Assembly: GCA_963711835.1 (NCBI GenBank) | Contig: CAVQFQ010000017.1 | Location: forward strand, 384,001 to 448,000 | Origin: an uncultured delta proteobacterium | GTDB taxonomy: Bacteria; Desulfobacterota; RBG-13-43-22 | Length of the DNA: 64,000 nucleotides | Direction: 5' to 3' | Shown: positions 48,739 through 58,431 of the stretch, in pieces | Numbering within the stretch: position 1 is the stretch's first letter | How the letters are laid out: each line of letters opens with the position of its first letter | The notes under the pieces: generated by a model | Told to the model about the DNA's origin: nothing | Database searches by the model: none | What the model saw: the letters and a program-made list of their open reading frames with translations, nothing else | Program-made: the position numbers and the translations under genes

Positions 48739-49549
48739 CTAATCTAATGGCACCCATTGAGACGAGATCCCCTTGGAATCCACCTGAACTAACAAGAAAC
48801 CATATTCGGGTTTCCCAAATCCATATTTACTATAAAGAGTTGCCCCGCCTCCAGCGCTGATAATATATTTACTGCCCTTTATGGTCATTTCATCATAGAG
48901 GTGGATATGGCCATGAAATACCAAGGGGACCTCGGCCTTTTCAATTAAGTCCATTAGTTCCCCACCCCGACCGCCATTCGTATCATTCAGCATAGAATGG
49001 ACAATCCAGCGACCTATGGCAGGAGGTTTATGAAAGGCAACAAAACTAACTCTTTTCCTTATTTAAGGTGTTTCGAGCAAATTCTAAGGTTTTTTCGTCG
49101 AACTTTCCTAACGTATTATCCAGCCCTATCAAGCGATAATTTCCATAGTCAAAGAACCAGTTGGTTTCCCCTATATATCTCTGATAATTATCCTTACCCG
49201 AACGCAGGTCATGATTTCCGGGAATATGCAATATCGGGATTCCGTAGCCCTCTATCTGCTTTTTATAATTTTCATATTCTTCGGCCTGACCTTCTTGGAC
49301 TATGTCTCCGGTGTTTAAAATAAATAGCGGCTTGAAGGTCTTGGCTTTATCTAAAATTCCGAGAAACTTTTTTTCATTCCCGCGGCTGTCTCCAAAAACA
49401 ATAAAAGCAAAGCCCCCATTGATTCCTGAAGGATTGGAAGCAATGGCTTTCATGTTTTCTTCTATGGAAAGCGGGATAGCCCAGGAAAAAGCAGGAAAAA
49501 ATAGAAGGGTTAATCCCATAAAAAACAGAAGAAGATTTTTATACTTCAT
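48739..49549 (-). pseudogene. Secreted metallophosphoesterase split by a +1 frameshift near 49048
   Basis: 5' part has GDSR, TGDIV, PGNHD; shifted frame continues VAFHKPP...FHGHIH...SAGGGA. Confidence 0.8.
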
Positions 49550-49575
49550 AAGTTGACGAACTCCAGCTAAAGGCC

Positions 49576-50187
49576 TTATTGGGGAATAACCACAGAATCT
49601 TCATCGAAGTTGCCCTGCTCGGCTTTTGGGTGACAGGCAGCGCAGTTCGAAAGAGAGCCGATGGTTTTACGATTGAAAATCTCAGGGGAGATTTTCCGGT
49701 GTTTTTTGCGGAAAGCGGGTACTTCGGTAATCCGGAGGGATGTTTTTCCTTCCAGGCTCCCCAGGATCTTGCGGGCTTTTTTGGCCGATGATCTATCCGC
49801 TGCATTTTCCCTCAGGTACTTGAGCAATTCCTCCCTTACCTTGGGGTCAAGCGTGATCTTTTCTCCGAAGTGATTCTCTGCCTGGTTAAGGATTTTTTCC
49901 CAGGAAGGGCCGGGGAGCAACTCCGGCAAATAGGCCATATGGCACCCACCGCAAGTAGTTTTGTAGGCCAGACTGGTAACAGGCTTAAAATCGCTTTCCC
50001 CCAGGAAAGCATCTCCCTTCCTTTTCCCATTATCCTCCTCATCGTTATCATCGGCAAAAGTCAGCCAATGGTGCCAATTCCCTTCGTTGTGACGATCCTG
50101 ATCCACAAGAACAAGAACCAGCAAACCGACCAGGCTCACAAGAAAAAAGATGGAAAGAAAAAAGATGATTTTGCCCCGCCTTTTCAT
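49576..50187 (-). CDS. Diheme cytochrome c (DHC family)
   Basis: CGGCHMAY.P.LLP..SW, HFG, RITE, CAACH; N-terminal TM. Confidence 0.9.
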   Translation of the reverse strand: MKRRGKIIFFLSIFFLVSLVGLLVLVLVDQDRHNEGNWHHWLTFADDNDEEDNGKRKGDAFLGESDFKPVTSLAYKTTCGGCHMAYLPELLPGPSWEKILNQAENHFGEKITLDPKVREELLKYLRENAADRSSAKKARKILGSLEGKTSLRITEVPAFRKKHRKISPEIFNRKTIGSLSNCAACHPKAEQGNFDEDSVVIPQ

Positions 50188-50226
50188 AAGATAACCCCAT
50201 TAAACGCCGGCCCTGCCGGAGCGATT

Positions 50227-50310
50227 CTAAAAGTCAAGCAAATCACCCAGGAAGGATTTACGCTTCTTTTTTCCCTGATGGCCATAACCGTGGTCATCAT
50301 AGTGTTTCCT
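50227..50310 (-). pseudogene. Start-less fragment resembling the C-terminus of bacterial zf-TFIIB-domain proteins
   Basis: Translates as RKHYDDHGYGHQGKKKRKSFLGDLLDF*, preceded by an in-frame stop. Confidence 0.45.
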
Positions 50311-50317
50311 TTATCTT

Positions 50318-50863
50318 TTAACGACGGCCCCGTCCACCGCCTCCAGACCCGCCCCCGAATCCCCCACGGCTTCCACTTGGGGAACCAAGGCCTCCGCGGC
50401 CCCCCCAGGTCTCAGCCCGGCCGCCTCTCCACAGGGGGATCCCTTCTTTATCACGAAAGTCATAGGTCTGGTTGGTGGATAAGATACGCATATCCTGGGC
50501 AATGAGGTAAAGCTTGGCGTCCTTACCCATGGTCTTGGACCCTCGGACCAAGACTTCCATCCCATCGGTAAATTTGATCTGCTGGTCATGCCAGTACCAG
50601 GATGGAGAAGCGAGGACAATGTATTTCTCCCGGTCTGAAGAGACCAGTTGAAAATGGACTGGTCCGCTTTCCTTTCGCGACAGATCGTAGGCCCTTCCCC
50701 TGACCTCCCCCATGGTATTGGGGTCAAAACCCCCGGGATAATGGATGCCGCTTTCTTCAAGAATAATGTCTTTTTCTCCTGCAAGAATAGGTAACGGTAA
50801 GCAGACAAGCGTAACAAATAAGAGCAGGACGAACATCACCGTCCTGCTCTTATTTAGAGGCAT
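50318..50863 (-). CDS. Secreted OB-fold-like hypothetical protein with Gly-rich tail
   Basis: Signal peptide, P.WY, V.V.GSK, RD..G.PLW, then GGRGG repeats. Confidence 0.7.
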   Translation of the reverse strand: MPLNKSRTVMFVLLLFVTLVCLPLPILAGEKDIILEESGIHYPGGFDPNTMGEVRGRAYDLSRKESGPVHFQLVSSDREKYIVLASPSWYWHDQQIKFTDGMEVLVRGSKTMGKDAKLYLIAQDMRILSTNQTYDFRDKEGIPLWRGGRAETWGGRGGLGSPSGSRGGFGGGSGGGGRGRR

Positions 50864-50876
50864 TAAGTAGTTTATT

Positions 50877-51179
50877 TTATCTTGGTCCCGGTCCATTTCC
50901 TGGAGCCCCAGGTCCAAATTTCTGTCCTCCAAGAGGTCCGGAGCCATCTCCAGGGCCATACGTATTCCCTCTCTTATTCATCCGGCCTGCTTGAGTTGCA
51001 TTCGAGTTGAGACAGGATCCATCCCGAAGACGATCCCGATCCCGCGCGGGAGTCTGTAATCGGGTGCCCCCCATCTGCCTGCCGCCGAAGCCTTTTCCGG
51101 CCGCGGCCGCTGTAAGGGGAAAGGTACTGGCCAACAAACAGGCCCCTGCCAAAAGTCCAACTACTGTTTTCTTTTTCAT
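50877..51179 (-). CDS. Small secreted Gly/Arg-rich protein
   Basis: RBS AGGAGGT, MKKK signal peptide, RDRDRLRDGSC and GPGDGSG motifs. Confidence 0.75.
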   Translation of the reverse strand: MKKKTVVGLLAGACLLASTFPLTAAAAGKGFGGRQMGGTRLQTPARDRDRLRDGSCLNSNATQAGRMNKRGNTYGPGDGSGPLGGQKFGPGAPGNGPGPR

Positions 51180-51218
51180 GGTGATACCTCCTACTGGAAT
51201 AAGTTTCCCCTTTTTAAA

Positions 51219-51235
51219 AGCAAGCACAATGCCAA
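51219..51235 (-). promoter_or_regulatory. Sigma54 (-24/-12) promoter
   Basis: TTGGCATTGTGCTTGCT: GG-N10-GC, close to TGGCAC-N5-TTGCW. Confidence 0.8.
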
Positions 51236-51309
51236 TTAGGAGGTATCGACTAACTAAATGAATTTCAAGTAAGTTTTAAGGTCCAGACAAAAAACCTCCT
51301 TTGGGTTGC

Positions 51310-51343
51310 TGCAGGTTTTGCACTTTATGCTGCAAGATCTGCA
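51310..51343. promoter_or_regulatory. Tandem enhancer-like sites for an NtrC-family activator
   Basis: Two TGCA-N5-TGCA boxes (51310-51322, 51331-51343), 21 bp period, 75-110 bp upstream of the -24 box. Confidence 0.65.
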
Positions 51344-51347
51344 GTGA

Positions 51348-52682
51348 TTAACTGAGGTCGTATTCCTTAAGCCGGTACTGCAGGGTCCTGACGGATATGC
51401 CCAAAACCTTGGCAGCCTGTTTCCTGTTGCCTCCTACCTCGGACAAGACCTTCTGAATTAAATTTTTTTCTTCCTGGAGCAGTAGTCCTTCTTGTGAGTC
51501 GGCCGGCTTTTCCAGTGGCTCGATGTTCAAGATGTTCCGGTTCAATCCGGCCGCTGGCCAGGATCACCGCCCGTTCGATGACGTTTTGAAGTTCCCGGAT
51601 GTTACCAGGCCAGGTATATCCGGTTAGGGTCGAGACGGCCTCAGGTGCAAATCCCGAGATTTTTTTACCAAAAGCGACGGCGTATTTTTTTAGAAAAAAG
51701 TCCGCCAAATCGACAATGGCCTCTTGCCGTTCGATCAGGGCAGGCAAATCGATGGGAAAGACATTGAGGCGATAATAAAGGTCTTCCCGAAATCTTCCCT
51801 GGAACACCTCCGCCTTCAGGTCTTTGTTGGTGGCCGAGATGAATCGTAGGTCCACGGAAATGGATCGGGTCCCCCCAACCCTTTCGAATTCCCTTTCCTG
51901 AATGACCCTCAGGAGCTTTACCTGCACGGAAGCCGGGATTTCACCGACCTCATCCAGGAAAACGGTACCGCCGTCCGCCAGCTCAAAGCGGCCTTTCCGG
52001 GAACTGACCGCCCCGGTAAAGGCGCCTCGTTCATGGCCGAAGAGTTCGCTTTCCAGCAGGGTTTCCGCCAGGGCGGCACAATGAACGGCGATAAAGGGTC
52101 CGGTTTTACGGGGACTCCATTGATGAATCAAACGGGCGACCAATTCCTTTCCCGTTCCGCTGGGGCCGGTGATCAGTACGCTGGCCGTCGTTGGGGCCAC
52201 CTCCTGAACCAGGCGCCGGACCTCTTTCATTCTTTTCCCCAAAAAGATCATCTCCAGGGGCGGGAATTGTTTCCCCAACTCTTCCGCGAGCAAAGAGATG
52301 GTCTGCTCCAGATTCGGCTTCTTTGAGCACCCGGCGGATGACCCGGCGCAATTCCTCCGGATTGCGTAGGGGTTTGGTCAGGTAATCCGAAGCCCCGCTT
52401 TTCATGGCCGCTACGGCATTGTCGATGGACCCAAAGGCCGTGACAATGATCCAGCGGCGTTTCCGGCCTTTCCTTTTTCCCCTCCCGCAGCAAATCCAGT
52501 CCGGACAAACCGGGCATGCGAAGATCGGTAATCACCAGATCGTATTCCGAGGCCTTTATTTTGTCCAACCCTTCCCGGCCATTCCCGGCCTCTTCAACCC
52601 GGTAGCCTTCCTCCTTAAGGATCAGGGAAAAAAAGGAGCGCAAGGCGGCATCATCTTCTACAATCAAAATGGCTTTGCCCAC
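51348..52682 (-). pseudogene. Sigma54-dependent response regulator (NtrC/ZraR-like) with three +1 frameshifts
   Basis: Receiver (VEDD, TDLRMP), AAA+ (GPSGTGKE, GAFTGA, FLDEVGE, WPGNIRELQN) and Fis HTH in four frames; extra bases near 52457, 52308 and 51530. Confidence 0.85.
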
Positions 52683-52684
52683 GG

Positions 52685-53944
52685 TTATTCCTTTTCCACT
52701 CGAGGCAGACGGATGGCCAAGGCCGCTCCTTTCCGGTCGCCCCGGTTAAAAAGCTCGATCTCCCCTCCCATTCCGGTGATCACCTTCTTGGAATAGGCCA
52801 GACCCAAACCGGTGCCATCCGGTTTAGTGGTATGGAAGGGTGTAAACAGATTAGAGAGCTCCTCGACAGGGATCCCCGGTCCGCTGTCTTCGATCCGGAT
52901 TTCCACCCACTTACCCCTTGACCTGCCCGTCACCCGGATCCGCGAGGGTCTTTCTGCAGCCTGGAGGGCATTTTGAAACCCATTAAGAAATACCCGGTAA
53001 AGCTTCCCGGCATCTCCCCAGACCCTCAAACCCTGCTCCAGTTTTATATCCACCGAATCCTTCTTATCTTGGAATTCCAAGGCGATCACCTCTTCCAGCA
53101 GCGGGGCTATATCCAGGGCCTTCCGTTCATAACTTTCTTCTTTGGAAAAAAGAAGCAGGTCATTGACCAGGGACTCGATCCGGTCTGTTCCCTTCAAAAC
53201 AAAGGCCAGGGCTGTTTTTTTGGGATCAGAGGCCTCTGTTTTTTCATCCACCCATTGGGCAAATCCCTTGATACCTCCCAGGGCGTTCCTGATTTCATGG
53301 CTCAGCACGGCAGTCATCTGCCCAATAACGGCCAATTGCCTTTTCTCTTCCAGTTCTTTTCCCAATCGAAGCTGGCGGTTAAACATCCTTTCCAAAAGAA
53401 TGCCGATGGTCCAGAGGATAATCAACACCAGGCCCACCGTCCACCAAATTCTTTCCGATTGGCTGATGATCCGGTCGGCCGGCGTCGTATGAAGGGCCAA
53501 CCTCAGCAGTTCAGCCTGGCCGTCCGGGCGGTGCAAAATGTAATTGAATTCAAAGACCGGCAGGCCGGTTCTTAAAAAGGTTCGCCTCCCCGAAGCCTTT
53601 CCCGATTGCAGCCATTGATCCAGTCCTTTTTCGGACAGGGTTGAACCTGCCAGTGCCGGGTTGGTGTGAAAAAGAACGGTCCCGTCACCCTTGGCGATCA
53701 AGGCATAGGCGACCACCCGGTCTGAAAAAAGGCGGCGGATTTGATCGCCCGGTCTGGTGCCGGACAATCGAAGTTCCATTTCCGCCGAAGAGGAAAGCGA
53801 CAGGGCCGTGCTTTCCAGGGCCTGGTCGGCCAGGCCCTGGGCAATCCGGGTATTTTGAGCGGTGGTATACAGGACAGCCGCCGTGGAAAGGAGCAGGAAG
53901 AGCACCAGGGACCCTCTTAGAATAGCAGGCAAATAGGGGCGCAT
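52685..53944 (-). CDS. Sensor histidine kinase
   Basis: Two TMs, H-box SHEIRNAL, N-box, DSGPG, PFHTTK..GTGLGL. Confidence 0.93.
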   Translation of the reverse strand: MRPYLPAILRGSLVLFLLLSTAAVLYTTAQNTRIAQGLADQALESTALSLSSSAEMELRLSGTRPGDQIRRLFSDRVVAYALIAKGDGTVLFHTNPALAGSTLSEKGLDQWLQSGKASGRRTFLRTGLPVFEFNYILHRPDGQAELLRLALHTTPADRIISQSERIWWTVGLVLIILWTIGILLERMFNRQLRLGKELEEKRQLAVIGQMTAVLSHEIRNALGGIKGFAQWVDEKTEASDPKKTALAFVLKGTDRIESLVNDLLLFSKEESYERKALDIAPLLEEVIALEFQDKKDSVDIKLEQGLRVWGDAGKLYRVFLNGFQNALQAAERPSRIRVTGRSRGKWVEIRIEDSGPGIPVEELSNLFTPFHTTKPDGTGLGLAYSKKVITGMGGEIELFNRGDRKGAALAIRLPRVEKE

Positions 53945-53948
53945 TCGG

Positions 53949-55586
53949 TTATCCGGAATTTTCTTTTAACTTCTCGACCATCATCTCACGCATCTTGAAT
54001 TTCTGGATCTTGCCGGAGCGGGTCATAGGGAAGGCCTCGACGAAGCGGATATAATCCGGCCAATGATCCTCAGGCAGATGCTCTCGACAGAAGGCGGCCA
54101 CCTGCTCCTCGGACAGGGCCGCTCCTTCCTTCAGGGTAATCCAAACGGCAATGACCTCACCCTTGGCCGCATCGGGCACCCCGAAGGCAGAGACCATAGC
54201 CGCCCCGGGCACCCGATAGAGCACTTCTTCGATCTCAGTCGGTAAAATCTCTTGCCCTTCTTTGACCATCACCTCTTTTAATCGGCCGGTGATGCGGAAA
54301 TAGCCCAGGCTGTCCCGAACCCCCAAATCCCCGGTGTGGAACCAGCCCTCCCGGTCGATAGCCCTGGCCGTGGCCTCGGGGTTTTGAAAATAGCCTTTCA
54401 TCAGAAATCCGCGGGTGCAGAGTTCACCCGGCCTGCCGTCCGGCGCTTCTTCGCCGCTAAGCGGGTCAATCACTTTGACCTCGCAATTCGGCAAGGCCGT
54501 ACCGATGGTGGAAACCCGCAACTCCAGGGGATCATCGGGAAGGGTCTGAGTCAGCCAGGAAGAGGCCTCGGTAATCCCGTAGGCAATGGCGATTTCCTTG
54601 ACCCCCATTTCCTGCACGACCCGATTCATGACCTCCAACGGACAGGGCGCCCCGCCGATGATGCCGGTACGGAGGGTTTCGATTTTGGCTTCTTTGAATG
54701 CCGGCGCTTCCAAAAGGGCCACCATCATGGAAGGGGACCCATAGACGGCGGTGCATCTTTCCCGGACCAGGGCCGAGAGGATCTCCGGCGGAGAAAATTG
54801 ATCCGAGGGGATGACCAGGGTCGCCCCCCGGATCAAGCCCGAGAGGGCAATGCAGGTATTTCCAAACATGTGGAAAAGCGGGAAGAAAAGGCAGAGCCGG
54901 TCCCTGGAGGTAATACCCAGCCTTTCCGTAGAGGCCAGAGATTTGTTAAGGACACCCAGGTGATCCAACATCACCCCCTTGGGCCTTCCGGTGGTGCCGG
55001 AGGTGTAGAGCAGCATCAAGGTTTCACCGGGATGGAGGCTTTTCTCTCGATTTCTTAATTCTCCCGCTGAAACGGCCTCTCCCCGGGCCTTTACATCCTC
55101 CAGGCTCAGAAGAGATGGCGGTGCCGGGGAAAACAAGGTAATGATGGATGATAATTCTGGAAATTTCCGGTTTTTTTTGGATCCGGCTTCCCAGAGTTCC
55201 GGTGTTAGGGAGTGGAGTATTTCAAGGTAGCTTCCATCAGGCCCACCTGCCGTGAGCACAGTTTTCACCCGGGCGAAAGAGAGGGCGTATTCCAGATCCT
55301 GTAGACCATACCCCGGGTCAAGGGCCACCAGGGTGGCTCCGATCTTGGCCAAGGCAAACTGCGAGATCAGCCATTCGGGGCAGTTCGGTCCCCAAAGGGC
55401 CACTGGATCTTCTTTATTTATACCCAGGGCCATCAACCCCCGGGCCAACCTTTCTACTTCATCCAGGAAAGAGCGATAGGTGTAACGAACTTGTCTTTGA
55501 ACATGGACCAAGGCCTCGTTTTCAGGAAATTGTTGGACTATCTGGTTTAACCAGGATCCGACGGTGGCCTTAACGGTCTCGGGCAT
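53949..55586 (-). CDS. AMP-binding acyl-CoA synthetase
   Basis: YTSGTTGRPKG, PLFHMFG, YGITE, HTGD, ITGRLKE, SGKIQK. Confidence 0.93.
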   Translation of the reverse strand: MPETVKATVGSWLNQIVQQFPENEALVHVQRQVRYTYRSFLDEVERLARGLMALGINKEDPVALWGPNCPEWLISQFALAKIGATLVALDPGYGLQDLEYALSFARVKTVLTAGGPDGSYLEILHSLTPELWEAGSKKNRKFPELSSIITLFSPAPPSLLSLEDVKARGEAVSAGELRNREKSLHPGETLMLLYTSGTTGRPKGVMLDHLGVLNKSLASTERLGITSRDRLCLFFPLFHMFGNTCIALSGLIRGATLVIPSDQFSPPEILSALVRERCTAVYGSPSMMVALLEAPAFKEAKIETLRTGIIGGAPCPLEVMNRVVQEMGVKEIAIAYGITEASSWLTQTLPDDPLELRVSTIGTALPNCEVKVIDPLSGEEAPDGRPGELCTRGFLMKGYFQNPEATARAIDREGWFHTGDLGVRDSLGYFRITGRLKEVMVKEGQEILPTEIEEVLYRVPGAAMVSAFGVPDAAKGEVIAVWITLKEGAALSEEQVAAFCREHLPEDHWPDYIRFVEAFPMTRSGKIQKFKMREMMVEKLKENSG

Positions 55587-55664
55587 AGACCCTCCCAAAA
55601 AAATTTCTTTAGAGAAACTGTTGTCTCAACAATAGGGATATGCTACAGAACAAAGGACCTGGGC

Positions 55665-55737
55665 TAGTCTCGCAAAAAGTCAAAAAAGCCGTCCTTCCGG
55701 CGGAAGCCGGAGGGACGACCTGAGAGACTTTTGACTA
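55665..55737. repeat. REP-like GC-rich hairpin with GGAA loop and degenerate outer IR
   Basis: cgtccttccggc-ggaa-gccggagggacg (55690-55717) flanked by tagtctcgcaaaaagtc / gacttttgacta. Confidence 0.6.
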
Positions 55738-55785
55738 CTTCATCATATAATGATCCCTTAACGGAAATCAATGAAGGATTGAATT

Positions 55786-56784
55786 ATGGTCGGCGACTCT
55801 TTTTATGCGGGTAAAAAAGTCTTGATCACCGGGGGACTGGGGTTTTTAGGCAGTACCCTGGCTATCCGGCTTATTGGCCTGGGGGCCCAGGTGTCCCTGT
55901 TGGACGGCCTGATCCCGGAACTGGGGGCCAATCCCTTCAATATCGACCCGGTCAAAGATCGGGTAAAGGTGGTCAGGGCCGATGTGGGGGATCGTTCCGC
56001 CACCGATTCCCTGGTGCAGGGTCAGGACCTGGTCTTCAATATGGCCATGCATTCCTGTCACCTGGAATCCATGTCCAACCCTTTGTATGACTTAGAAACC
56101 AATGTCATCCCCCAATATCATTTTCTGGAATCGCTTCGTTACCACAACCCGGAAGCCCGAGTCGTCTACATCGGCTCCCGGGCCCAGTTCGGCCAGGCCT
56201 TGACCATCCCCATTACCGAAGACACCCCGCCCAATCCCAAGGACATCTACGCGGCCACCAAGCAGGCCGTGGAATGGTACCATCTGCTCTACCGGAAGAT
56301 CTGCGGCCTGCGGGTTACTTCCCTGAGGCTGGGAAACACCTACGGTCCCCGCCACCAGATGCGCCACCCCAAATACGGGGTCCAGAATTACCTGATTCGC
56401 CTGGCCCTGGAAGACCGGGAGATCTCCATTTTCGGCGACGGCAGCCAGAAGAGGGAAATGATTTATGTGGACGATGTCATTTCCTGCCTGCTTCTCCTGG
56501 GGGCCGACGAGGCCTGTGTCGATCAGGTCTTCTGCATAGGCAGTGCCGAGTCCATCACCTTCCTGGAGCTGGTAAGGGAGATTATCCGGGCCTGCGGTTC
56601 CGGCCGGTACGTTCATGTCCCCTGGCCGGAAGACCGCAAGTCCATCGAGGTCGGGGACGTGGTTACCGACTTTTCCAAACTGACCCGCCGGACCGGTTGG
56701 CGGCCGACCACCCGGTTGTCTGAAGGGCTGGAAAAGACCGTGGATTTTTACCGAAAATACCGGCCCTATTACTGGGAAGCCTAA
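55786..56784 (+). CDS. NAD-dependent epimerase/dehydratase
   Basis: TGGLGFLG, YAATK, NTYGPR, GDGSQ.R...YVDD. Confidence 0.92.
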   Translation: MVGDSFYAGKKVLITGGLGFLGSTLAIRLIGLGAQVSLLDGLIPELGANPFNIDPVKDRVKVVRADVGDRSATDSLVQGQDLVFNMAMHSCHLESMSNPLYDLETNVIPQYHFLESLRYHNPEARVVYIGSRAQFGQALTIPITEDTPPNPKDIYAATKQAVEWYHLLYRKICGLRVTSLRLGNTYGPRHQMRHPKYGVQNYLIRLALEDREISIFGDGSQKREMIYVDDVISCLLLLGADEACVDQVFCIGSAESITFLELVREIIRACGSGRYVHVPWPEDRKSIEVGDVVTDFSKLTRRTGWRPTTRLSEGLEKTVDFYRKYRPYYWEA

Positions 56785-56830
56785 TCAGCCGCTGTTTGGC
56801 TTTCAGCCATGATTTTTTATAGGATGAAAA

Positions 56831-57649
56831 GTGCTTGATTATTGGACGACGGTCATACTGGGAATAGTTGAAGGCTTAACGGAATTCATTCCTGTTTCCT
56901 CGACCGGCCATCTCATCCTGGCCGGTCACCTTCTCCACTTTAAGGGCCGGGTGGCCGATACCTTTGAGGTAGTCATCCAATTGGGGGCGATTCTGGCGGT
57001 CATTTTCCTTTACCGCCGGAGATTTTCAGACCTCCTCCCCCGTAAAGGCTGGGCCGACCCTTCTTGGATCAGGAGACGATTGGTAGGAATCCGGGGCTGT
57101 ATTTTCCTGGGCTTGACCACCCTGCCGGCCCTGGTGGTCGGTCAATTGGCCTATCCCCTCATAAAAAGCCGTCTCTTTAATCCCCTCAGTGTCGCCTTGG
57201 CCCTGGCAGTAGGGGGCCTCGGGCTTCTCTGGGTTGAAAGCCGGCCATGGCGAATCAAGGCCGCCTCCCTTGATCAGATCCAATGGCAACAAGCCATTTT
57301 TATCGGCATCCTGCAATGTTTTTCCATGTGGCCGGGGATTTCCAGGGCCGGGGCCACCATAATCGGAGGACTCCTTTCCGGATTGGACCGCAAAACCGCG
57401 GCCGAATATTCCTTCCTGGCCGCCGTCCCGGTCATGATGGCCGCTACCGGATACGACCTCATGAAATCATGGACCTATTTTAAGCTGGGGGACCTCTATT
57501 TTTTAGGCCTTGGGTTTGTGGTTTCTTTTGTAGTGGCTACCTTCACTGTGGCAGCCTTTATCCGCCTTCTTCAGCGCTGGACCTTGAAACCCTTTGCCTG
57601 GTACCGGCTGGCCCTGGCTCCTATTATTTGGTTCTTTTGGCCCCGTTGA
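56831..57649 (+). CDS. uppP: Undecaprenyl-diphosphate phosphatase
   Basis: GIVEGLTEFIPVSSTGHL, IQLGAILA, PGISRAGAT, AEYSF. Confidence 0.96.
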   Translation: MLDYWTTVILGIVEGLTEFIPVSSTGHLILAGHLLHFKGRVADTFEVVIQLGAILAVIFLYRRRFSDLLPRKGWADPSWIRRRLVGIRGCIFLGLTTLPALVVGQLAYPLIKSRLFNPLSVALALAVGGLGLLWVESRPWRIKAASLDQIQWQQAIFIGILQCFSMWPGISRAGATIIGGLLSGLDRKTAAEYSFLAAVPVMMAATGYDLMKSWTYFKLGDLYFLGLGFVVSFVVATFTVAAFIRLLQRWTLKPFAWYRLALAPIIWFFWPR

Positions 57650-57738
57650 CAAAATCCGCCCGGCTCCTTTTTTCGACCCCATTTGCAATTTGTTGGGATT
57701 GACCTTATAGTGTAATCGGTACGTTATGGACAAAGGAA

Positions 57739-58425
57739 ATGCGTTATTACCCGATATTTCTTGATTTAGAGAATAGGCCTTGTCTGGTGATCGGGGGAGG
57801 GCAGGTGGGGGAACGGAAGGTCAGGACCTTGCAGGAATGCGGGGCCGAGGTCCGCTTGATCAGCCGGGATCTGACCCCTTACCTGGAGCGGGAGGTTCAG
57901 GAAGATCGCCTTCTCTTACTGGCCCAGGATTATAAACCCGAATTAATGGAGGCCTGTTTCCTGGTGATCGGGGCCACTGATGATCCCCTGGTCAACCGGC
58001 AAATCAGCCGGGAGGCCAAGCGGAGAGGTATTTTGTGCAACATCGTCGACAGTCCCCGGGACTGTAATTTCATCCTTCCCTCCCTGGTCCGGCGCGGCGA
58101 TTTGGTCCTGGCTGTTTCGACTTCGGGAAAAAGCCCGGCCCTGGCCAAGAAGATCCGCCGCCAACTGGAAAAGGACTTCCCGGAAACCTATGAGGTCTAT
58201 CTCAAGCTCCTAGGCAAAATCCGGCTCCACGTGCTGGCCCAGGCCTGGCCCCAGGAAGATAATCAACGACTTTTTGAAACCCTGGTCGATTCCCCCCTGT
58301 TATCCTGGTTGGCATCCGGGGACTTCAAGGCCGTTACCGGCTTCCTGGCCCATCTCCTGGAGCCCCCGTTACCCCTTTCAGAATTGGCGGCTATTCTCAA
58401 TCACCCTTTTCCTCCAAACCAGTGA
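57739..58425 (+). CDS. Precorrin-2 dehydrogenase / sirohydrochlorin ferrochelatase (CysG N-terminal, SirC-like)
   Basis: YYPIFL, IGGG.VG.RK, ATDD, N.VD.P..C.F..P, STSGKSPALA. Confidence 0.92.
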   Translation: MRYYPIFLDLENRPCLVIGGGQVGERKVRTLQECGAEVRLISRDLTPYLEREVQEDRLLLLAQDYKPELMEACFLVIGATDDPLVNRQISREAKRRGILCNIVDSPRDCNFILPSLVRRGDLVLAVSTSGKSPALAKKIRRQLEKDFPETYEVYLKLLGKIRLHVLAQAWPQEDNQRLFETLVDSPLLSWLASGDFKAVTGFLAHLLEPPLPLSELAAILNHPFPPNQ

Positions 58426-58431
58426 GGAGCC

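Noticed and set aside
49576-50863. Magnetosome-related genes (OB-fold protein, cytochrome, nearby CDF)
   Set aside because: No mamA/E/K/Q-like genes nearby; these folds are widespread
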